From a virus (lineage: Duplodnaviria; Caudoviricetes): 52,361 bases of DNA. A program made the translations under genes and the position numbers. Location of the stretch: the IMG/VR virus record IMGVR_UViG_3300046004_001366, positions 1-52,361 of that record. One strand, 5' to 3'. This document shows positions 22,301 to 28,152 of the stretch, one piece after another (within the stretch, counting starts at the first letter, position 1; every line of letters starts with the position of its first letter). Below the pieces are notes generated by a model that searched no databases, was not told where the DNA came from, and saw only the letters and a program-made list of their open reading frames with translations.

Positions 22301-25196
22301 CAACCGTGATGCCAAATCCTTCCGCATGGCCGAAACTCTGACGTGGGCATACGACGCGGCAGGGACGGAAACAGCGCGAGGACTCGCCGCCCGCTGGCAA
22401 CCGCACCTTTCCCCCGAGGAGAGGCACCGCGAAGTCTTGGCGAAGATCATCTTCACGCCGGGCGCAAAGGACCGCGAGGACATCAAGCGCGCCCCGACAG
22501 ACCGCGCCCAGGCTGAGCGCATTGCTTCGCTGGAGAAAGAAATCGAGCGTGTGCGCTCTGAGGCGACCGAACGCGAGAAGGACATGCTACGCCAAGTGGC
22601 AGGCATGACGGAATCTCTACGCGAGGCACGCCGCAAGGATGCCGTTGCCCTGCGCGCCGAAGCCAAGAAGGAACTCGATGCCCTGCGCGCCGAGTTGAAG
22701 CGCGTGCAGGCACAGAAGACGCAGCTTCAGATGCTCCACGACATCAACACGGAGCGACTCGCCAAGATCGAGAAAGCCTTTGAGGAAATGGGCATCACGT
22801 ACCATGACATTTTCGTTTCCCGTGAGATTTCGATTGGTCTCAAGACCTCCAGCGTGGTGAAGAATGCCATGCAGCCATTCACGCCGAAGGAGCGCCAAGC
22901 TCTCCAGATGATGATGGATGGACGCAGCGACCGGCAGATTGCCAATAAAACGGGCATCAGTCGCAACAGCATGGCGGGAATTGAAGCGCGTTTTGACAAA
23001 GTGCTCGATGCCAAGCTCGAAGCGCTGGTCCGTCGCGGGTTTGACATCTCGAAGGCTGATGGCCTCGATGTGGACAAGCTCATCGACAAGGCCGGTAACA
23101 TCCTCGCCGCTGCCGACCGCCCGGTTGCGACGCTGACCGCCGAGGAGGTTAAAAAGCGCGTGGGTGAACTGCGTGCCATCATCAAGCCATCTCCTGACGC
23201 TCGAAACTCCGGCGCTCTCCGCCGTCTGAAGGGTGAAGAGTCCAAGGAGGCGCCGTACGGCTTCGACATCAGCCGTCCAGAGCACGCAGCCATGCTCATG
23301 CGCGCCATTCACCGCATGGACAGCAACCCAATGGACATGGTGTATGAATACTGGATCAACGGGCTTCTCTCCGGCCCTGCGACTCACACGGCCAACATTG
23401 CTGGCAACCTTGGCAGCGCTGGTCTGGAATACCTCATTCAGCGACCGATTGAGGCAATCACCAATGCCGTTCTCTTCCAAAACGTCGCAGGCGCAAGCCT
23501 TGGCGAATACCAGAGCATGACCAAGTATGCCGCCCGCGCAGCAAGCACCGCTTGGCGCTTCGCTCGCATTGCCTGGAACACCGAGGTTTCCCTCTTTGAT
23601 TCACAATGGCTCAACAAGCCGCTCGTCGTTTCCGGCAACAGCGGAGACAAGGGGCAGTTGGAGCGGTTTGCTATCCCTGGCACTACCGGCCGCGTCGTTC
23701 GGACTCCGACACGCTTCCTGCAATTCGCGGACGAATGGGCCAAGCATTTCTTCGGCATGATCGAGGCGGCAGCACAAGCGCACCGGTTGGTAAAGGCGGA
23801 CGGTCTAAAGCCCGGCAGCGCCGAGTTTGACGACCGGGTGGAACAACTCGTCGGCATTCCCGGCTCTCCTGCTTGGCTCGCTGCCGTCGATAAGGCGCAC
23901 CGGTTGACCTTCACGAACGATCTTCCTGCGCCATTGGCGAAAGCTCAAGAGATGCTTCACTCCCGCGCTAAAACGCCTTGGGGAGCCGTCGCTAAAACGC
24001 TTCTGCGCTTCGTGTTCCCATTCATTCGCACGCCATACAACATCTTTGCTACTGGTCTGCGTAAGACGCCTCTCGGATCTGCGCGTATGATTGGCAAAGG
24101 ATTGGCCGCATGGCACGGGAAACAGCCATTCTTCGACAGCTACCCACAGGCGGCACTCGCGACAGACATCGCCGAACAGCTTCTCGGCTGGTCTGCGGCA
24201 ATGATACTCTTCGCCATCGGCGAGGGAGACCCTGACGACGAAAAGAAGACGATCCTCATCACCGGCTCTCGCTCACGCAGCGACGACAGAGGCGAGGACC
24301 AACTTCTTGACCGCCTGCGCGGTGGCGAGACAACCATCCTCATCAAAGGCAAACCTGTTTTCAATTATGGACGCTACGAGCCTTTTGCGACGATCATCTC
24401 GACGCTGGTCGATGCTTCTCGCGACATGAAGAAGATCAAAGGCGGGCAGAAACCAAGCAAGGCAATAGGTGAAGCTGTGCGAGGTGTGCTCGATCAAGCG
24501 CGAACCAAGACGTTCCTGCAAGGTCTTGATGGCCTCATGCAGCTTATTGAAGGCCGCACTTCCACCACGATGCCTGAGCAACTGCGCAAGTTTATCGTGA
24601 CCGGCATTGTGCCGAACCTTGTCCGCCAGCCAATCCGTAACGCTGATGAGTTTGCCAGAGACACACGCAATGCGCCTTGGTATTACCATGCCATCCCTCT
24701 TGGTGGTCTCGCTGAACCGCTGTATGACCTTTACGGCCGACCAGTGGAGAAGATGGGCAATCCAGTCACGCGGGCGTTTATCAATACCCCTGTGCAGCCA
24801 AGCACTCCGACCAATCCGGCTGACCGTGCATTGCGCGTCTGGAACGACCGGAATCCCCTGCGTGGAGATGGCGACGGTATGGGATACTTCCCGACGAACG
24901 TCGATAAGAGCATGATGCGCTTCAAGGATGCCTCCAAAAAATGGCAGGACATGACACCACGCGAAGCCGCAGAACTCCGCCGCAAAGGTGGACAAATCAT
25001 GGATGCGGAAGCGCGGGCGGCAATCACCAACCCGACAAACCCGACTCAGGACGACATCGACAGGCTCAAGAAGGCGCGCAACAAGGCGTTCTCGAAGGCT
25101 AAAAGTGAGATGTTCTCGGGCGGTGTTCGTCCTGTGCTGCCAGCACGGCGACCTCCATCACTGAGCGAAATCTTCGGGCAAGTGCTGCGCAGGTAG
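7362..25196 (+). CDS. Giant (5944 aa) polyvalent/DarB-like virion protein: HExxH domain, inorganic pyrophosphatase-like domain, GNAT-like module, N6-adenine-type DNA methyltransferase, SNF2 helicase, HTH
   Basis: HEWIH (12051-12065); KAGNYEKGH...ISIENPAGSERSG...HYGYIKGTEGKDGDHIDIF (~12770-12960); MTase motifs LEPSEGIGNF (~16005) and GNWPF (~16200); SNF2 motifs HEVGTGKT (18075-18098), DEAH (18627-18638), TGTP, GTGVNAQ, QRNGRGWRQG. Confidence 0.9.
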   Translation: MALPFGIPNVSSRPTGTPAPSLPFGPPPSKSDPMSATNMAAQGVNPLYYGGSEALAADHNRDAAWNLERENHDRAVAQADKMAKDRQSEFDAAEAERVKARDEQNERDVAQASLAEATAPKTLTDSQRRDAEETAKKKSDEAKRAAIGGMQTSLEPIASQTQGGFLGFGAEPTDAAKEATAKIQALQNQEVSDADLAEYRKAHPETFAELDRVQATITQDDAARAARKPAEVALARAKAIKAGLSPEEADAQLASQSPQSADPKIADMQRVAASGLMEREQARIGELTQRIQDRHNKLAEIDAESQNIEQRLIQGGTAAQIGPLTQRRHELIAQRKAEQVAIANESEAAAGAQRAIEIRRQRIQEAEAMQGKGVDAPSATGYLPAKDPAKATEEVRAAKKADAEKAIGVLSDRSKQRADAARAASEQVEAQVRTGKITPEVGAQLREKAIEKSMQDFDAQFDEDKSTLADSLDDYAAGTIDADTLNSIFHAAGAAKSGVESFRDNADNLKKKDETLEALQKVALGDDNGNSNPSLNGEEMRLLSEIAGHESDANNPLNWKAKATSVTTDEYGRSHDVFSEADYEKLRSQSKQAALDGKKQLTELRAANRAKMVAELEKRGITDPGEQAQLIVEADLKAASKARPGIAANVAARGGIAATLAQKLPFAGGVVEASRILPYAATAIALEAGQTPPVEDLEALAAFAKFAGTDSTFWSKTADVVSALPGFVIELNTTGGIATAVKKVGLEGMKKALTGLASVQGRKQLAAAIARASAENIGKLGSKKVLAMRLGSGLAQEAVRLAPASAGRIASKFTQDTALSGVNLSPVEGKLAASMNMENRRGSGGRLLDAVVDSYIENVSERSGKYVMGALGMIGKKVLPQAVSGFFAKAGNAAKDGMLRAAFVKSLMAKNPGIEPLKLQRYLKGANIGGTIEEMMEERVGGAARDAYAAITTGRDDNKVLGYITKPTMEDLLVELVSFSVPSGISAVQTNRHFSGLDKAIAGSDAESTERINDIDLNPQAHADRLTELGGTPFEASDITRATDLVGSVAGADSIRSSDKTQADYMERSRAAIDAGDLDKASKLMQMALQQSRTRSSLADQELGQAALAAQQIEQARAGGKTAAAQLRQQAQDTLAADPKAKKQAETLEAHAAALETVADRAAAIVKIARGRGDTLTTAEKNALGDAVVNEGQGMIITDAAREELAQIAPAAARYVKQTETMRREQLSRDQAQAAGAAAPVSTPAPAPTAANPPPAASPARGTSTNAGGAPSVTGAVTAQGAATAPPAGAAPAGGKLPKDLAGANPRYNHGSKAFEVEFENDIDKAAYIAAQENPSKRDADYVAWAVQASGMTEAEVRDHGKKVRAKLKEIGAKSNSGKLKLKDQMPQATNSQPPASQSPAKPAAAPAPAAQPAAKPAVWKGVGISGKTAEIPADEAATQDEAEKKLIKKLGEPLRSGGVTSPTKAKGAPAAKPTASAPAAAPAQTPADKKRDRLRTVGEQIDALLPSYRDAFTGIVEESGKGRRAWLDPKTGALHLNRQQFAAQSADLDDAALAAEIETIIRHEWIHAGTVAVRNDAQAAAFWTELGKSKAGKDIQTAALRAYNAPYEARGVVPPALTDAQSGYEAYRMLYELARDGKLSETTNIPESLAADIRSFLQGLVDWMRARLAKLPKKLRSQIEADIAEIEGALKKLTPAAPAAKASKPAPVNAADTQSLTIVRLKDGRLVHVHEKELAKNSARLRMFTPEGEPIKGAAGVLERSDIDLSPIEGAANNAPDTVDAAAHEAATSPNNDKAHPTPDEIKAGNYEKGHFTLGGMDISIENPAGSERSGIDKDGKKWTVPMKSHYGYIKGTEGKDGDHIDIFIAEGTPKDYDGPVFVVNQMRPVTLVQSDIRTGKKTEVPAGKEFDEHKAVTGTGITTEAEAKAAYLANYSEGWDGAGSIVSFANLAAFKSWAMGKKRVGALTQSAADSHSRAASAEAGEAKQAPLPAEQIAKLTDANKQLSRWSSNNNASARHQIAINKYASGAWTLQDTPSPEKTLADIEQETAKARTAWIVTHMGYINQKNDALVQALAADPKVVAIATNENNDAMNMRVYLADRIKAQMVKDLKANLSGDSRFGLYYDFTQERIKSADWLDHIAESLKKAIKPAVSNDTSAPTFERGDRVTWTSGKESLSGTIRSVSSDGTASVDTDQISFAGGVPIGRIETVQMSRLSKEGEAKPAPKPKAEPAPAPAPKDAADEALAQAFEGLFAADRPIVDPVVQALRVLSQNDEFFRFSIVPQDVKSLTEIMQRVVPGSTYKGDATRNNEPDLTEAYSRQMFATKSGAPFFVFQGYHDGEKTTWIDVSGLKEGGGGSAIYAAVGNYAYNNGLKFIGDPAGLSEAAVMRRTSHLLSLALRYGTTKHIAPSREQLDGVPEKGIAPVRWDGDDTAKIRSLIESFLGTLQKRYPEILNARYDFDAGQFLDSQGMPIRFDRAKKPAIEAGDENSAEMGIEARKSGARAGEATLRRGIFLKSLVSGEGRERSELLEQLELWNRAYVTSGNLDGLFAADRPVADIEQADLPKDRRAAMLNAAGALIDAEVKRPDELAARLEKLAPGGQLRKYSRSFWRLMSGFDSTLAENPDWNAIYDAIDNPTTEKDTLTDETQTDIRPQDSEGLPPVGGSDGSNGLGIPEPDQAGASGRSAQGGVNSGEGGDSPPVGESDGGPSLGDGKKPSKRNRTPRGGKGSSADANPIDGGAAGAVDEPTRSPGRENYFLSDPESIVGGGQKTRFNKNKLALETLELIQEEGRDPTPAELDILAAYTGWGSLAQELFQGGTFERHAGPQDWKDESMWLRERLGKEAWMSAFDSILNAHYTDPPTVKAMWDMVRRLGFKGGRALEPSEGIGNFWGLMPRDMMALSMLTGIEMDSTTAAIAKMLYPQVNHRLMPYQQSQTSDNFYDLVIGNWPFSANDKPADPRFDHLKATVHNFFFVKALHQTRPGGLVIGITSSKTMDGKSSLVRKYLAARGELVAAFRLPTGAFGKYAGTKVVTDIIILKKRETVLERDAGGEGWINTVRDTAGRDFDINEYFVANPQNILGELDFGHGTTFNREGMIVNRLPNYEQVLPRLFERLPENVMTPWNPVGHERIINNTTKERRQGAAVFANDDLYVVDGESLVPLQDRAKWQTKTGTAKRLAEGVSLIAMRDAFNAVLDANRQGSDGETQRKALQEAYASFVKDHGPLHKSFMLGRFRKAGDQNAIDLLALVEVDETTGAEKPRSLMLRNTMRRTQLDAKGSIADAYALHRSETLDFDAAAVAKLAGDDTSPNDVIAFLQEKGLVFKMPDGRWMPNEIYLAGNVRRKLREAIAAKEDGVEGMDVNIDALTSIIPEDIPYHKITVQMGAAWIPTSDYEQFITELLGGNAADVQVVKGMSGYNVRIGGRTADSRDARQTWNVVTEAGQSLLHPSRMFQAAMNGTELIIKREVEDENGNKREEVDEPATRRAIAMRDSIRDRLQMWVWTDESRIARLTLDYNEMKNSVINPEFDGSHLRLPGLSLTLSDSGDPFEFRQHQVNAVWRGILQKQGVYAHEVGTGKTFTMAGLAIEGRRLGSHRKPIIFAHNANAASVAADFRLAYPGAKILFVDNLSPSTKELTLRQIATDEWDAIIVPHSLVDRFGLRPETMRALAQPELDRIESEFWAELDELGVDSSSIDLDDMRGMGQILNRLKGSATAKELANARRRIMTRIEKQVAKFSGPGVVYFEDMGIDAVIVDEAHVFKKISLATRKVIKGLNKTESGKGFQLGLLTDWLKTQTGGKGVHLFTGTPVTNTLNEVFNMMRFAMDKEMGESGIDNFDDWYNDYADGFSDTEPTSGGTYEEVTRLRGFLNVPELARLAGQAFDVVRADEMPEFKPRASHEGITEKPIGRPHKQVRPIVIEPTSVAKRLKAWIRQRFFYYRGLSGRERMFLKKMGGDQPVVMDGDGKAGALDPRFVSPTAEDDANSKVNYAVRNIVEHYNEHDLATQMVFVERGAGDYTEADVAVRDAEGKPQYDNDGNRVEVKERRLQFNLLRDMVEKLVAEGVKPEEIAVFQNLKLLPLPDGKDDILLRVHRVNGPEDKEEAAKLMREGKIRIAFGGTETMGTGVNAQTWMRAMHHLDVPYMPGELEQRNGRGWRQGNKWNTVFEYRYTVEGSHDAKMWSTLLNKVRFIERFIGMLQGKNLSRNLEGDGADAADDEDGMSNADFEQMFSTAAGDPRLILRLSLGKKVDRIQQAKNMHLQFMEQTRRKNAAIENNEIPRLEAAVRQFEKGDELYQQVAGKPFSATLRGETYTERKDFDEAMTRLPRYLDRKEIGTYGPFRIYIQPTMGGGYYELSGPDNFNASFMNPSMASLEGTLRAMKKKAEGKAEEIATLQKSLVRAKDEMSRPFPKEEELTKAQNALAVIESEIRISPYPAPGWLRVGAPQGSLMYLKEKGKLNAYDVEAHRWDENNYWAMISRDGELFPIPYNEMLDATGARIFEDHDHTAPPEAPPTTADGQQGSFPGVEVGLDAEFGYRTLIDRVTGERSIEHKFYTRYATVADGFYNAAAGGGRLPANAADYLPKTVEELQRLLVRSGAASGLFNGKDWKFLAPGESDELYKPTETWRVFAPGGWMVGEGASPREAFFEARNHDQNGDTFMDAIRYAVMQLPESEDDINELLRIASQLPSGIEFQMIDPGLDDPFESENDDTNVFRLTSDGYGILGSGERRAFALRDALTHERFGRTFKEALAIYNAPPAKNPLERLADESRLLDTDRRSRGLFRRRAKLRKLLDVIERRRAEVESNEDRYRNRDAQDETLQSLIAREKALTEKLAEVESFIIYRERTEEPLPLAAADRPMMDAEEFADALDALNSDMPSESDLDDLRQRAGLDWGREYTDSELAGLSGGMRAGMRTAYDDKLDRQTHEAWNEKAHKLIDEDPTRVLADLVSTATDRGSIINPVQVKASQILLPQLMREAIANRDAKSFRMAETLTWAYDAAGTETARGLAARWQPHLSPEERHREVLAKIIFTPGAKDREDIKRAPTDRAQAERIASLEKEIERVRSEATEREKDMLRQVAGMTESLREARRKDAVALRAEAKKELDALRAELKRVQAQKTQLQMLHDINTERLAKIEKAFEEMGITYHDIFVSREISIGLKTSSVVKNAMQPFTPKERQALQMMMDGRSDRQIANKTGISRNSMAGIEARFDKVLDAKLEALVRRGFDISKADGLDVDKLIDKAGNILAAADRPVATLTAEEVKKRVGELRAIIKPSPDARNSGALRRLKGEESKEAPYGFDISRPEHAAMLMRAIHRMDSNPMDMVYEYWINGLLSGPATHTANIAGNLGSAGLEYLIQRPIEAITNAVLFQNVAGASLGEYQSMTKYAARAASTAWRFARIAWNTEVSLFDSQWLNKPLVVSGNSGDKGQLERFAIPGTTGRVVRTPTRFLQFADEWAKHFFGMIEAAAQAHRLVKADGLKPGSAEFDDRVEQLVGIPGSPAWLAAVDKAHRLTFTNDLPAPLAKAQEMLHSRAKTPWGAVAKTLLRFVFPFIRTPYNIFATGLRKTPLGSARMIGKGLAAWHGKQPFFDSYPQAALATDIAEQLLGWSAAMILFAIGEGDPDDEKKTILITGSRSRSDDRGEDQLLDRLRGGETTILIKGKPVFNYGRYEPFATIISTLVDASRDMKKIKGGQKPSKAIGEAVRGVLDQARTKTFLQGLDGLMQLIEGRTSTTMPEQLRKFIVTGIVPNLVRQPIRNADEFARDTRNAPWYYHAIPLGGLAEPLYDLYGRPVEKMGNPVTRAFINTPVQPSTPTNPADRALRVWNDRNPLRGDGDGMGYFPTNVDKSMMRFKDASKKWQDMTPREAAELRRKGGQIMDAEARAAITNPTNPTQDDIDRLKKARNKAFSKAKSEMFSGGVRPVLPARRPPSLSEIFGQVLRR

Positions 25197-25235
25197 AGGC
25201 TGATATGGCATTGCGACACGACGTTATGGAAACAA

Positions 25236-25263
25236 TAAATCCCCGTATCGGGGCGGGGATTTA
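25236..25263 (-). terminator. Intrinsic terminator between convergent operons
   Basis: TAAATCCCCG/CGGGGATTTA stem, followed by TTGTTT on the minus strand. Confidence 0.65.
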
Positions 25264-25593
25264 TGCGTCACGCAGGACCAGCGGAGGGCGATTATCAACC
25301 AGCGTGCCAACAAGCTTGGCATCAAGCACGATTGCGCAGCCTGCGGCCACATGGCCCAAGTGATGCGCGCCACTCTCCGGGTCGATGTCTTCGCCGTCGA
25401 TGATGCAGTCGATGTGCCTCTTGAGTGCCCCAAGATAAGTCATCAACTCCACTTTGTTGTCTCGCCAATTCCAAGGGCCGTATTTTCTGGCACCAAGCGC
25501 CAAAGCCGCCGCTACCTCACGGTTGAGCACAGGCGGGATAAGTTGTAGTTGTGGCTTCTGCGCCCCGGCAATGCTCTTTGGGTCAAGACTCAT
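25261..25593 (-). CDS. dATP/dGTP diphosphohydrolase-like protein (DUF5664 type)
   Basis: KPQLQLIPP...LALGARKYGPWNWR...YLGALKRH...GEDIDPESGAHHLGHVAA. Confidence 0.85.
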   Translation of the reverse strand: MSLDPKSIAGAQKPQLQLIPPVLNREVAAALALGARKYGPWNWRDNKVELMTYLGALKRHIDCIIDGEDIDPESGAHHLGHVAAGCAIVLDAKLVGTLVDNRPPLVLRDA

Positions 25594-25901
25594 GGGAGGT
25601 GATCTTCGGGCAAATCGGTTCCAATGACTTGAGCCATTACCGTTGCCGCCCCCTGCTCCATCATCTCGATGTCAGTGAAGAGCGCTCCCTTGATTGCCCG
25701 ATAGCGGGCGATCTTGAGGCGGATTGCCATCATGTCGCCATCCAACGGCATTGTTTCAAGGATATCAGCGGCGAGCGCAGCAAGCTTGCCTTGTGCATCC
25801 GCTTGAAACCACTGCCAGCCGTGGCACCTCTTGAGCGACACGACAACGGCGGCATTCTTGAGGGCTTGACCCTGTGCAGTGATGGGTGGCGCGGTTATCA
25901 C
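25590..25901 (-). CDS. Hypothetical protein downstream of portal (possible head assembly factor)
   Basis: 4-bp overlaps with both neighbours. Confidence 0.6.
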   Translation of the reverse strand: MITAPPITAQGQALKNAAVVVSLKRCHGWQWFQADAQGKLAALAADILETMPLDGDMMAIRLKIARYRAIKGALFTDIEMMEQGAATVMAQVIGTDLPEDHLP

Positions 25902-28027
25902 TGTGCAACCGGTTGAGGCTGACTCGCGGCCATGAGTTGCTGCTCGGTGGGCAGGGTAAGAACGGTATCCACATCGCGGACTCCGTTCCCCTTGAGCCTT
26001 TGATGAAAGAGCGGAGCGAGATTCAGGCGAACTTCGGGAGGCAACTGATAGTACATTATCCCGGTTTGAATTGCCTGATCTGCCATAGCCACTTGCTGCT
26101 CGCCGTGCATACGGGTCAACTCAAGCCTGATTTGCCACTTGAATTGACGAAGGTCAGCGCCGGAAAGCTGCTTGATGAGTAGCGCGCCCTGGGGACCCAT
26201 GACATGAAATACCTCCTCGTCGCGAGCGTGAGCAACGGAGAGGTAGATGCAATCTTCAACCGCTTGAGCGATGCCAATCTCCAAGTGGGAGATGAGCGGG
26301 GCGAATTGTTCCTGTCCGCTGCGGTCGATGTTCTTCACGCCCGTAGCAAGCTTGGATGTGTCCAACCCGGCCATGGCGGCATCATTGGCATTCGCGACAC
26401 CAGAAAGGTTGGTCATCATCTGCTGCACGATGCCAAGCAACTCTTGCAGGGATGCGCCTTCAAAATCGTAGAGAGACACGACTTCGATGATATCCTCGAT
26501 GCGTGTCGTGGGATTGGCCTTGGTGTAAGTCTGCCCGCCATTCAGGACAAGCGCCGGATTGGCTGCGCCTTCCACGGTCAGTTTGGGATTCCAGCAAATG
26601 ACCTTGCCGGAGCGACTGGTGCTCATTTCCCATCGTGCAATCACCAAGTCGCTGAACCGCTGAAGTTGCCAGAAGGCACTAACGACGCTTTGACCATGCC
26701 AACGACCGTCCACCGGGTTCACGCGCACGGTGCGATACGGGCGGCGGCGGTTGCGATAGACGTTGGCAACATAGTCGATGAGGATTGGACGGTGCGTGTC
26801 CTTGTCGATCAAGACGACGATGTTCTCGCGCTGGCCGTCGTTGTTGGCATCAATCCACATGTGGCAGCGAATGGCATGTACCATTGCGTCACCACGCTGA
26901 GAGAGCTTCTCCATGCTGCTTTCTCCGAGAGATGCGCGGCCATCGCTGCCTTGGGCTTCTGTTTCGGTGGTGCGCCCGCTCACATCGCTCAAGAGAGCCA
27001 TGACCCGAGGATACTCCTTTTCATCCCACACGCCGATTTTCTCCAGCCTGCGAATGTAATCCTCGACGATCTCAATGGCCGGAATGTCGGTGTATTCGCC
27101 AATGAACTCCGCCTCGTCCAAGTTCTTGGCATTGAGAGGCACAAGCAAGTCGCGATGAGGAACGATCTCGATTTGTGGACCTGCATAAATGACGTTCTTC
27201 CGGCGCACCTTCGTTTCCAAGAAAGTGAGTTCTGCGAATGGCATTGGCGTTTCTCCATCGCGCTTGAGAACCATTCCCACTCCTTCAACAAGGGAGAACT
27301 CGTCTGTCTCGAAGATGTAATCACCATCATTCGCCAAAATTGGCTCTGCCGTGGTTGGATCAACGGCGACGTTGGCATAGGTCTCGTAATACTCGATGCG
27401 CTCGACTTCCTCGATGCGAAGCACGCACTCGCCACGGATGAAAGCTAACTCGACGGCTTTCTCGAACTGGCTCTTTGCCTGCGCTTCGTTGAGTTTGTAC
27501 TGTGCCCACTCATTCGCTGCCGTGGCAGTGTCCACGCTCAAGCCCTGCATTGAGGGAGGAACGGGGGAGGCTGCAACCCAGGGTTCACTTTGGAAAAAGT
27601 AGTTCTGCGCACGGGCGATCATCTGCTGAACAAAGCGCCGGGTGTGCGGTAGGTGGACGTTTTGCCCTTCGGCATAGATGCCGCCGACGAGACGCTTCCT
27701 CCAGTCAAATTTCTGGTGATAGACGAGATCCCACAAATCCCGCTGCGCCATGAACTTCATGCCCTCGACGCTCATGGGGTCTCCGCCTATGTCGTGCGTG
27801 AACTCAGGATCATCGAAACGACCACTGTTGCGCCCTGACTCGTTTTCTAGCTCAAGGGCAAAGTTGAGCGCTTTTTGGACAACAAACTCTTCCTGCTCTC
27901 GCGTGAGTTCAAGCCCACCTTGGAAGATGGCGATTGGCTCATGCGGATTTTCTTCCGTGGGAGTGTGGTCAGTGACGGGAACCCGTTGGAGAAACGCGGC
28001 GATCTGTGTGTCTGCGTTGTGGAGCAT
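25898..28027 (-). CDS. Portal protein (podovirus-type, 709 aa)
   Basis: Size and helical layout fit; contains RPY...NPVDGRWHGQSV...QLQ, MTNLSGV and SKLATGVK segments resembling P22/T7-like portals. Confidence 0.75.
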   Translation of the reverse strand: MLHNADTQIAAFLQRVPVTDHTPTEENPHEPIAIFQGGLELTREQEEFVVQKALNFALELENESGRNSGRFDDPEFTHDIGGDPMSVEGMKFMAQRDLWDLVYHQKFDWRKRLVGGIYAEGQNVHLPHTRRFVQQMIARAQNYFFQSEPWVAASPVPPSMQGLSVDTATAANEWAQYKLNEAQAKSQFEKAVELAFIRGECVLRIEEVERIEYYETYANVAVDPTTAEPILANDGDYIFETDEFSLVEGVGMVLKRDGETPMPFAELTFLETKVRRKNVIYAGPQIEIVPHRDLLVPLNAKNLDEAEFIGEYTDIPAIEIVEDYIRRLEKIGVWDEKEYPRVMALLSDVSGRTTETEAQGSDGRASLGESSMEKLSQRGDAMVHAIRCHMWIDANNDGQRENIVVLIDKDTHRPILIDYVANVYRNRRRPYRTVRVNPVDGRWHGQSVVSAFWQLQRFSDLVIARWEMSTSRSGKVICWNPKLTVEGAANPALVLNGGQTYTKANPTTRIEDIIEVVSLYDFEGASLQELLGIVQQMMTNLSGVANANDAAMAGLDTSKLATGVKNIDRSGQEQFAPLISHLEIGIAQAVEDCIYLSVAHARDEEVFHVMGPQGALLIKQLSGADLRQFKWQIRLELTRMHGEQQVAMADQAIQTGIMYYQLPPEVRLNLAPLFHQRLKGNGVRDVDTVLTLPTEQQLMAASQPQPVAQ

Positions 28028-28047
28028 AGGAGGTTATATTCCTTCAT

Positions 28048-28072
28048 TATCCGTTCCTATCAAGACCGGATA
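28048..28072. promoter_or_regulatory. TATCC-N15-GGATA palindromic site, copy 2
   Basis: TATCCGTTCCTATCAAGACCGGATA, 20 bp upstream of the portal ATG; TATAAC lies between them on the minus strand. Confidence 0.6.
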
Positions 28073-28079
28073 TTGAAGA

Positions 28080-28145
28080 GCCTGCCGCCGGTTCCAAGGC
28101 TCCTCTTGCGATGAGCCAAGCAGAGAAGGTGAACCAGCGGCAGGC
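28080..28145. other. Intergenic stem-loop
   Basis: GCCTGCCGC-CGGTTC ... GAACCA-GCGGCAGGC inverted repeat between the DUF2829 gene and the portal. Confidence 0.5.
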
Positions 28146-28152
28146 AAGGGGT

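Noticed and set aside
7402-25030. Many antisense and alternate-frame ORFs inside the giant gene, and similar ones in portal, terL and scaffold
   Set aside because: These are expected shadows of GC-rich coding DNA and carry no recognisable motifs.
25261-25593. Z-genome (2-aminoadenine) pathway
   Set aside because: No purZ, datZ or phage DNA polymerase was recognised in the window.
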